This document shows positions 53,033 to 60,468 of a stretch of DNA of 64,000 nucleotides, piece after piece. Under the pieces are notes generated by a model, which did not search any database, had not been told where the DNA came from, and saw only the letters and a program-made list of their open reading frames with translations. The stretch comes from an uncultured Candidatus Saccharibacteria bacterium (lineage in GTDB: Bacteria; Patescibacteriota; Minisyncoccia; Phycocordibacterales; CAIZLB01), in contig CAZSLF010000001.1 in NCBI GenBank assembly GCA_964607805.1, forward strand, positions 12,811 through 76,810, given 5' to 3'. Made by a program: the position numbers and the translations under genes. Within the stretch, counting starts at the first letter, position 1; each line of letters begins with the position of its first letter.

Positions 53033-53800
53033 ATGAAATTCAGTCCATACACCCAGTCGTTTCAACTCGCGCCCTTAAATCGCAAGTTGATAAAAGTTCT
53101 TTTGCACTTGTTGCAAGCAAATATCAAAAGTTTGATTGCAATCATGGCAATTCAATTGGTAGCTTATTCCCTTTCCGATGTGGCACAAGCACAAAGCACT
53201 CCCGCTTTGCGTCAAAACGTGAAGGAAACAAACCCCCAATTGCGTCGGCCAAGTCGACCTACTGTTATTGCACCAAGCAAAACATCCAAACCGCAACCAA
53301 GACCAGCTTGGCGTCAGGTCTATGCTCGTAGCACTTATTATAATGCTAACGAATCAATATCCGACTCAGACACCAGAGCGAAGAAAACCTCTTCGCTTGT
53401 CCGTATCGACACAATCCAAAACCTCGGTTTAGGTGTTGTAGCTGTTGATCCGAGCATAATCCCTTACGGCTCGCAAGTTATCACGCCTGACGGCAGGATA
53501 TACATTGCAGCCGATCGTGGTGGCGATGTCATCACAAGAAAAGCAGCCACAGAGCTCGCAACGCTAAAAGGTTTAGGAGAAGACAGTGCAGAATACCGCG
53601 CTCTCGTCCTAGACTTTTACTCAAAGAGTCAGGTCGGTGGATATTGGGATACATTTATTGTCATTCCTTACACCAACCCTGATAGTCCTGAGGGCTTCAG
53701 AGAACTTCCTTATGCGAGTAAAATTGCATATCTGAAGAATGTTGCGCAATCTCATGGTCGCTATCAAGGTGGCAATAGCTACACTGCAAACAACCTATAG
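53033..53800 (+). CDS. Secreted 3D-domain protein (MltA/Rpf-type DPBB lytic transglycosylase-like)
   Basis: GVVAVDPSIIPYGSQVITPDGRIYIAADRGGDV matches the 3D-domain pattern (vAvDp..iP.Gs.v.....G...A.DtGg.i). N-terminal hydrophobic anchor. Confidence 0.65.
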   Translation: MKFSPYTQSFQLAPLNRKLIKVLLHLLQANIKSLIAIMAIQLVAYSLSDVAQAQSTPALRQNVKETNPQLRRPSRPTVIAPSKTSKPQPRPAWRQVYARSTYYNANESISDSDTRAKKTSSLVRIDTIQNLGLGVVAVDPSIIPYGSQVITPDGRIYIAADRGGDVITRKAATELATLKGLGEDSAEYRALVLDFYSKSQVGGYWDTFIVIPYTNPDSPEGFRELPYASKIAYLKNVAQSHGRYQGGNSYTANNL

Positions 53801-53863
53801 CCTATAGCGAACTAGCTGCAAGCCACCTGTAGCAAGTCAGAAGCGAACACAAAGCGAAAATAT

Positions 53864-53929
53864 GCGCCAGCCATACACGTGCCCGGTTTCTAACCGAGTC
53901 ACGACATGGCTGGTGCTTTTCTATTTCCT
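53864..53929 (+). repeat. 66-bp direct repeat, copy 1 (also the terminator hairpin of the 53033 gene)
   Basis: gcgccagccatacacgtgcccggtttctaaccgagtcacgacatggctggtgcttttctatttcct is identical to 54539-54604 except for one base. The outer stem is GCGCCAGCCAT/ATGGCTGGTGC, followed by TTTTC. Confidence 0.85.
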
Positions 53930-53967
53930 CACCAAAATAATTATCAAAATCGAAATTTTAGCAAAAA

Positions 53968-53996
53968 TTGACTATTCCTAATATATATCATATAGT
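53968..53996 (+). promoter_or_regulatory. Sigma70-like promoter
   Basis: TTGACT at 53968-53973, 17-nt spacer, TATAGT at 53991-53996. Confidence 0.55.
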
Positions 53997-54074
53997 TTTT
54001 CACGGAACCATGCCTGTTTGCATGGCTTTTGCCACCTTAGAAAACCCTGAAAAACTCAACCCAGATTCAGAACC

Positions 54075-54527
54075 ATGATACCCACTTTGCCCGCCGGACA
54101 TCCAGGTAATCGTCCAAGCATTAAACGACTGCACACTGCTATTTACGAAAAATACCCCTGGCTGAATTTTCACTTCCCCGAAAGGGACAAGGAAAATTTC
54201 GATGAAGTAGTCTTGGATATTTCGCATCTCGACGATGAGCCATATTCAAGCGACTATAATTCAGAAAACATCTTCATTCTCGACGCTTCAGGAAAAACTA
54301 TCCACACCGTTGGTTACCTACCAAACTTTGCTTGGTGGAAAATCTGGCTCTGGTTAAGACAGGTCAATCATAGAGAGACTATCGGCGAGGCACTACTTCA
54401 CAAAAAATGTGTCAATGCCGCATACGTTCTTTCTGACGACGGTCTTCGTACAATTACGATATTCTCGCCGCGTGCCCGTGAGTCTCTGCATGAACTTGCC
54501 ACAAGGCATAGTCTAGACGTGCTTTGA
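54075..54527 (+). CDS. Hypothetical protein (GC-richer cassette bracketed by 66-bp repeats)
   Basis: 150-aa ORF with its own promoter and repeat-terminator. No motif recognised. Confidence 0.6.
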   Translation: MIPTLPAGHPGNRPSIKRLHTAIYEKYPWLNFHFPERDKENFDEVVLDISHLDDEPYSSDYNSENIFILDASGKTIHTVGYLPNFAWWKIWLWLRQVNHRETIGEALLHKKCVNAAYVLSDDGLRTITIFSPRARESLHELATRHSLDVL

Positions 54528-54538
54528 GGTCGTCTTTC

Positions 54539-54604
54539 GCGCCAGCCATACACGTGCCCGGTTTCTAACCGAGTCACGACATGGCTGGCGCTTTTCTATT
54601 TCCT
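54539..54604 (+). repeat. 66-bp direct repeat, copy 2 (terminator hairpin of the 54075 gene)
   Basis: 65/66 identical to 53864-53929 (T to C in the stem, GGCTGGTGC versus GGCTGGCGC). Confidence 0.85.
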
Positions 54605-54640
54605 GGTCTATATTCTATACATATATATGAGCGAAATAAC

Positions 54641-56029
54641 ATGAACGAAATTCACGCAGCAACACAAACAAAAAAACCAAATATCCTTGCAATAGAAACA
54701 AGCTGTGACGAAACAGCTATTTCGTTTTTATCTGGTCTTGAGACTAAGTCGCACCACGTTCACACCCAGGCCGCCATGCATGCAGAATACGGCGGAGTTT
54801 TTCCAAATCTTGCAAAGCGTGAGCATACGAAAAATTTGGTTCCCGTTCTTTCTTTAGTTTTTAAAGATATTTTTGATAATGAAATTTGGAGCGCAGCTTC
54901 AAATATTCACCCAGATGCAGATGTTCAAAAAAATAATTCTAATGAAAACTCGTCAAATAATGTATCCGCCGAAACTCAAAAAATTGTAACCGAACTCCTC
55001 GCTCGTGAAGGAAATCTCGGCGCTGACCTACTAGCATATATAGGATTAATTCCTCATCAAACTTTTCTAAAGATAAAATCAAATTTAGATGCAATTGCTG
55101 TCACATACGGACCAGGACTTGAACCTGCTCTTTGGGTAGGAATTTCATTTGCCAAATCCTTAGCTGTAATTTTCGACAAACCCCTCATGCCAATTAATCA
55201 CATGGAGGGACATATCGCGTCTGTTCTCGCAATAGCAAACGAGTTGAAGACGACCGAAGACAATAAATCTGAGACCAAAACAGAAACCCAAATCGAATTC
55301 CCTGCCATCGCACTTTTAATTTCTGGAGGACATACGGAATTGGTGCTTGTGAATTCTTGGCATCATTATCAAATTATTGGGCAAACTGTAGACGATGCTG
55401 TCGGCGAAGCATATGACAAGGTTGCACGCGTGCTTGGACTTCCATATCCTGGCGGGCCTGAGATTTCAAAACTTGCTGAGGCATGGCGCTCACAAAAACC
55501 TACAGAAAATTCAGAAGAATCAGGGAAGGTGGAAAAAATATTCAATCTCCCCCGCCCTATGATACACAGCAAGGATCTGAACTTTTCATTTTCAGGATTA
55601 AAAACTGCGGTGCTTTATGCCGTGAGAGACAGACTGCGAGATAAACTTAAAGAAAAACCGACAGAGGATAATAGTTCGGACAACACACAATTAAACGATA
55701 CAGAAAAAATTGCTCTTGCAGGAGAATTCGAAGAGGCTGTTATCGAAGTTCTCATTTCTAAAACTAAAAAAGCTATTTTGGAAAATGGCGCTCGCACGCT
55801 TCTAATCGGCGGTGGCGTGATTGCAAATACTGAAATTAGAAAAGCATTTGGAGAGTTAACAGACGAACTTGCCATATCACTTTTCCTCCCAGAAAAAAAT
55901 CTTTCTACTGACAATGCGACGATGATCGGAATTGTTGCTGCGCTTCAATATATTGGCGGCAAAAAAGGATTTGATCCAATGACGCCTGATTTTAATAATG
56001 TGAAGGCTGAGGGTAATTTGGTTTTGTAA
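54641..56029 (+). CDS. tsaD: tRNA N6-adenosine threonylcarbamoyltransferase TsaD (Kae1/YgjD family) with insertions
   Basis: ILAIETSCDETAIS, INHMEGHI, ISGGHTELV, DDAVGEAYDKVARVLGLPYPGGPEI, IGGGVIAN. The ORF is trimmed to MNEIHAAT because the upstream codons overlap the repeat/terminator. Confidence 0.88.
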   Translation: MNEIHAATQTKKPNILAIETSCDETAISFLSGLETKSHHVHTQAAMHAEYGGVFPNLAKREHTKNLVPVLSLVFKDIFDNEIWSAASNIHPDADVQKNNSNENSSNNVSAETQKIVTELLAREGNLGADLLAYIGLIPHQTFLKIKSNLDAIAVTYGPGLEPALWVGISFAKSLAVIFDKPLMPINHMEGHIASVLAIANELKTTEDNKSETKTETQIEFPAIALLISGGHTELVLVNSWHHYQIIGQTVDDAVGEAYDKVARVLGLPYPGGPEISKLAEAWRSQKPTENSEESGKVEKIFNLPRPMIHSKDLNFSFSGLKTAVLYAVRDRLRDKLKEKPTEDNSSDNTQLNDTEKIALAGEFEEAVIEVLISKTKKAILENGARTLLIGGGVIANTEIRKAFGELTDELAISLFLPEKNLSTDNATMIGIVAALQYIGGKKGFDPMTPDFNNVKAEGNLVL

Positions 56030-56071
56030 CCCCTTCAAAAACCCCTAAAAACATGTTAAATTAGGCATACT

Positions 56072-58603
56072 ATGCCCGATAAAGATTCGTCCCCTATCCC
56101 CGAAAAACTCCTCAAACCATATGACCCAGCTGAAACTGAACCTAGAATTCAGGCTCTTGAGCTTGGCGAGAACCCAGCTGATTCAATTTATAATCCCGAC
56201 AATTCAAGCGCGAATTCTGCCGCGAATGCTGGCAATTCTGCCTCAGAAAAATTCTCCCTCATCCTCCCTCCACCAAACGTAACAGGTGTACTTCACCTAG
56301 GCCACGGCCTCATGCTTACAATCCAAGATATTCTTGCAAGAAAAGCACGCATGGAAGGGAAAAAAGTTCTTTGGATTCCAGGAACAGATCACGCTGCAAT
56401 TGCCACGCAATCAGTAGTTGAAAAAGAAATTTCAAAGAAAGAAGGAAAAAGTCGATACGATATTGGGCGCGAACCTCTTCTTGAAAGAATCCATGACTTT
56501 GCATCAACAAGCCGAAAAACAATTGTCTCTCAAGTAAAACGTCTGGGAGCATCTTTGGATTGGTCGAGAGAAGCATTTACTTTGGACGAATCACGATCAC
56601 ATGCAGTTCGGACAATGTTTAAAAAAATGTATGACGATGGACTTATCTATCGCGGTTTTAGAATTGTAAACTGGGATCCAAAAGGTCAGACGACAATTTC
56701 AGATGATGAAATAGTATATGAGGAAAGAACTTCAAAGTTTTATTATTTCAAGTATGGGCCATTTACAATTGGAACTGCTCGACCTGAAACAAAATTTGGC
56801 GATAAATATGTAGTTATGCACCCTGAAGACTCTAGGTATGCACAGTATTCTCATGGAGATAAATTAACTGTGGAATGGATAAACGGTCCTCTCGAAGCGA
56901 CAATCATAAAAGATGACAGTGTCGATATGGAATTCGGAACTGGTGTTATGACAATTACTCCTTGGCACTCAGGAGTAGACTTTGCGCTTGCCGAAAAATA
57001 TAATCTTGAAAAAGAACAGATAATTGATAAGTATGGAAAACTGCTTCCTGTTGCTGGTGAATTTGCTGGCATGAAAATTACAGAAGCTCGAGAAAAAATT
57101 GTTGAAAAACTTCAATCAAAAGGTTTGGTTGAAAAAATTGAGGAAAATTATGTTCACAATATTGCAACCGCTGAGAGAACTGGTGGCACAATTGAACCTC
57201 AGGTTATGCACCAATGGTTCGTTGCGGTAAACAAAGAGTTTACAATTCCCTACTCTGAAATTCGCGGCATAGAAACTGGCTCAAAAACAACTCTAAAAGA
57301 AATTATGCGAAAGGCAGTTGACCCAGAATTTGGTCACAATACACTAGGACCTGTAAATATTTTGCCTGAGCATTTTAATAAAATATATTTCCACTGGATT
57401 GATAATCTAAACGACTGGTGTATTTCAAGACAAATTTGGTATGGGCACCGAATTCCTGTTTGGTATAAAAGTAAATCTGGTCGCACGCTTGAAAAAAGTG
57501 GCGAACTCTCTCCTGCTGATCCAGATTTGGAAATTTACAATGGTATTGAAGCGCCCGAAGGTGCATCGGCGGATGGCGAAAATTCAGGCACTTCAAAGTG
57601 GCTCCAAGATGAGGATACACTCGACACATGGTTCTCATCTGCCCTTTGGACTTTCTCGACTCTTGGCTGGCCAGACAATATTGGACCAGATTCTGATTTT
57701 GCAAAGTATCACCCAACAGACATCTTGGTTACTGGCCATGAAATTCTATTCTTCTGGGTTGCTCGTATGATTCTCATGACTGGATATGGTCTGGGCACTA
57801 TTCCTTTCAAATCTGTATACATAACTGGTATGGTTCGCGATAGCAAAGGTCAAAAGATGTCAAAAAGTTTGGGCAATGGAGGCGATCCTGTTGAAATTTC
57901 AAATAAATATGGAGCTGACGCACTGCGTATGTTCTATGCCATGAGCACAACTCCAGGCACAGATACAAGAATTTATGAAGATAAGATCAAGGGATACAAA
58001 CATTTTGGAAATAAGTTGTGGAATATTACAAGGTTTGTTCTTTCTGCCGTAAGTGAGAATCCTCACACCGCTTCACTAAAATTTGATCAAAACTTCATGA
58101 ATTCTTCTTCAATTACAGATCAAGACCGTGTAGTTTATGAAGAATGGCGCACACATTTCACAAATATTTCTGAAAATTTGAGTGAACCTTCATATAAAAT
58201 TCATCTTGCAGCAGAAGAACTCTATCACTATATCTGGCATACATTTGCAGACCAAATTCTTGAAGCAAGTAAGCCAATTCTAAAACCAGAATTTGCAAAA
58301 GCAATTGTTGGTGACACTGAATCTGAGGCGGATAAAATTATAGACGCAAGTCTTCAGGATCCTGACGACAAAGCCGAACTCGCTGCGGCCGCAATTTCTC
58401 GTGCACAAACACTTCTTCATATCCTTAGAGAAATTCTTTTGACCACTCATCCTTTCATGCCACATATTACTCAAGAACTTTGGTCTCTCCTTCCAACCGA
58501 CATGCGTGATCCACAGCCGAACACAGCGACAGGATCAAAAAACTCAAACGAACATGATATGATAGCTATTGAAAGATGGCCGACTCAATCACATCACTCT
58601 TAG
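56072..58603 (+). CDS. valS: Valyl-tRNA synthetase
   Basis: HIGH-type PPPNVTGVLHLGH, KMSKS (KMSKSLGN), and an editing-domain block GTGVMTITPWHS. It lacks the long C-terminal coiled coil of many ValRS. Confidence 0.92.
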   Translation: MPDKDSSPIPEKLLKPYDPAETEPRIQALELGENPADSIYNPDNSSANSAANAGNSASEKFSLILPPPNVTGVLHLGHGLMLTIQDILARKARMEGKKVLWIPGTDHAAIATQSVVEKEISKKEGKSRYDIGREPLLERIHDFASTSRKTIVSQVKRLGASLDWSREAFTLDESRSHAVRTMFKKMYDDGLIYRGFRIVNWDPKGQTTISDDEIVYEERTSKFYYFKYGPFTIGTARPETKFGDKYVVMHPEDSRYAQYSHGDKLTVEWINGPLEATIIKDDSVDMEFGTGVMTITPWHSGVDFALAEKYNLEKEQIIDKYGKLLPVAGEFAGMKITEAREKIVEKLQSKGLVEKIEENYVHNIATAERTGGTIEPQVMHQWFVAVNKEFTIPYSEIRGIETGSKTTLKEIMRKAVDPEFGHNTLGPVNILPEHFNKIYFHWIDNLNDWCISRQIWYGHRIPVWYKSKSGRTLEKSGELSPADPDLEIYNGIEAPEGASADGENSGTSKWLQDEDTLDTWFSSALWTFSTLGWPDNIGPDSDFAKYHPTDILVTGHEILFFWVARMILMTGYGLGTIPFKSVYITGMVRDSKGQKMSKSLGNGGDPVEISNKYGADALRMFYAMSTTPGTDTRIYEDKIKGYKHFGNKLWNITRFVLSAVSENPHTASLKFDQNFMNSSSITDQDRVVYEEWRTHFTNISENLSEPSYKIHLAAEELYHYIWHTFADQILEASKPILKPEFAKAIVGDTESEADKIIDASLQDPDDKAELAAAAISRAQTLLHILREILLTTHPFMPHITQELWSLLPTDMRDPQPNTATGSKNSNEHDMIAIERWPTQSHHS

Positions 58604-59319
58604 GACTTTCCAATTCTCCTTACTTTGTAATCGAGATGTTTGTTTATGCTTTGCTTGGCGGTGTTCTTCCTTCACTTCTATGGATGTGGTTTTGGATGCA
58701 TGAAAATTACAAGCACAATGAACCAAAAGGTGTCATCACTCTCACTTTTTTTGTTGGTATGTGCGCAGTTTTCTTCGTTTTTCCATTTCAAAAAATACTT
58801 CCTCAATTTTTAGGCTTAGAAATTGGTAGTTTTTGGACACTCACGCTCTGGGCCTTCCTCGAAGAACTTTTCAAATTCGCCGCCGCATGGTTCTGTGCAC
58901 TCCGACTCAAACAAGTTTTCAACGAACCAATTGACGCCTTCATATATATGATGACAGCCGCTTTAGGATTTGTGGCAATGGAGAACACTTTCTATCTTCT
59001 CGCCCCTTTGCTTCAAGGCGACACAGTCGGATCTATCATGACTGGAAACCTAAGATTCATGGGAGCAAGTCTTCTTCATGTAGTCGCATCTGGAACTATG
59101 GCCGTATTTATCGGATATGCATTTTATAGAAATATGAAAATGAAAGAAATCTTTTGGATCCTTGGTCTTATAATTGCAACAATAATTCACACAGCTTTCA
59201 ACTTTTTCATTATCGAACTTGCTAGCGAACATACATTTATCATCTTCTCTTTTGTTTGGATGACTACTGTACTCCTCATAATCGCCCTAGAACGCGTCAA
59301 AATGATTAAGAAATTTTAA
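58576..59319 (+). CDS. PrsW-family intramembrane metalloprotease
   Basis: Polytopic. The EELFKF motif and later His-containing helices (LLHVVASG, HTAFNF) fit the PrsW pattern. It overlaps the valS end by 28 nt. Confidence 0.7.
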   Translation: MADSITSLLGLSNSPYFVIEMFVYALLGGVLPSLLWMWFWMHENYKHNEPKGVITLTFFVGMCAVFFVFPFQKILPQFLGLEIGSFWTLTLWAFLEELFKFAAAWFCALRLKQVFNEPIDAFIYMMTAALGFVAMENTFYLLAPLLQGDTVGSIMTGNLRFMGASLLHVVASGTMAVFIGYAFYRNMKMKEIFWILGLIIATIIHTAFNFFIIELASEHTFIIFSFVWMTTVLLIIALERVKMIKKF

Positions 59320-59411
59320 TCAAGTTTACATAAAATTTAATTCATAATATAATTCACTACATAACTACTGAATGCAGAAAGTGCAATTAGCGAGTATTTA
59401 ACCCACCAAAT

Positions 59412-59984
59412 ATGAACCTTAAGAAAAAACGATCTTTTTTTGATAAATTAACTGGACGCGATGCTTACGATGAGCACGAGCATGATGATTTCGAGGAGCT
59501 AGAACTTTCTGAATATGATGAAGAAGAGATTCATCCTGAAATTAAAAGTAAAGGTTTTTTCAATTCCAAAGATGTAAAATCTTCTCGCGCAAAGCGAATG
59601 ACTGTTGCTACCCCAAAAGATGATCGTTCTACTTGGATGGATGAACAAGGTGATGAAGGTGAACTTTCAATTGATATGTATCAAACTACAGAAAGTATAA
59701 TTGTCCGCGCAATGATTCCTGGTGTTAAAAAAGAGGATCTTGATATTGTTTTGACTCGTGATTCACTTACACTAAAAGGAAAGAGGGTTGAAGAAACAAA
59801 GATTGCAGACCAAGATTATTTTCATCGTGAATTGTACTGGGGTTCATTTACAAGAAAAGTTGAATTCCCTCATGAAATCGATATTGAACAATCTGAAGCA
59901 ACTGAAAAAGCTGGTATGTTAACTCTAGTTCTTCCTAGAATTGATAAAGGACGACAAGCGAAATTGAAGATTAAGTCGGTTTAG
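59412..59984 (+). CDS. Hsp20/alpha-crystallin family small heat-shock protein
   Basis: Alpha-crystallin domain ELSIDMYQTTESIIVRAMIPGVKKEDLDIVLTRDSLTLKGKR...GSFTRKVEFPHEID...ATEKAGMLTLVLPRI. Confidence 0.88.
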   Translation: MNLKKKRSFFDKLTGRDAYDEHEHDDFEELELSEYDEEEIHPEIKSKGFFNSKDVKSSRAKRMTVATPKDDRSTWMDEQGDEGELSIDMYQTTESIIVRAMIPGVKKEDLDIVLTRDSLTLKGKRVEETKIADQDYFHRELYWGSFTRKVEFPHEIDIEQSEATEKAGMLTLVLPRIDKGRQAKLKIKSV

Positions 59985-60028
59985 TTTGAGCTGTCAGAGG
60001 AACACTTAAACAGCAGATCCAGACGCTG

Positions 60029-60056
60029 AAAAAGCCACGTACTCGACGTGGCTTTT
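60029..60056. terminator. Bidirectional terminator between convergent genes
   Basis: aaaagccacgt actcg acgtggctttt, flanked by an A-run and a T-run. Confidence 0.75.
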
Positions 60057-60104
60057 GTGTTGTGATTGTATTATCTTGCGAGCTTGTCGCTAAGCAGACT
60101 TGGA

Positions 60105-60452
60105 TTATTCATTGTCCGTTTCGGCGGCTGCAGCTGCGGCGCCTTTTTCTTCGGCTGTGAGATCGACATCAAGATCAGAAGCGTCTTCTTCCAACTTATC
60201 AGCTTCTGCTTCAAGCTTATCAAGCTTATCGTCAGTAGCCCTAGCTGTCTCTGCATGCGCTCCTGTACTTGCCTCCAAAGCAGTCATCTGATCTCGGATA
60301 GCGGCCGCTTCTGCAAGCTGTCGGGCGTTCTCCTCTTCGGAAGTAATTGAGTCGTCAGAATTATCGTCGGTTTTCATGATGTTTTGTGCTGTTGTATCAG
60401 AATCAGCAGAATTGCCTGCAGAATCTGATAATTTGTGGTTATGACCTGTCAT
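60105..60452 (-). CDS. Small acidic coiled-coil protein
   Basis: 115 aa, Asp/Glu/Ala-rich, 16 nt downstream of the 829-aa gene on the same strand (likely an operon). The antisense ORFs here are probably GC/repeat artefacts. Confidence 0.6.
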   Translation of the reverse strand: MTGHNHKLSDSAGNSADSDTTAQNIMKTDDNSDDSITSEEENARQLAEAAAIRDQMTALEASTGAHAETARATDDKLDKLEAEADKLEEDASDLDVDLTAEEKGAAAAAAETDNE

Positions 60453-60468
60453 TTTATATCATATTATA

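Noticed and set aside
53864-54604. The 66-bp repeats as integron attC sites
   Set aside because: The imperfect long hairpin is attC-like in shape only. I see no GTTRRRY core sites, no intI gene in the window, and the cassette carries its own promoter, unlike typical integron cassettes. They are kept as terminator-type direct repeats.
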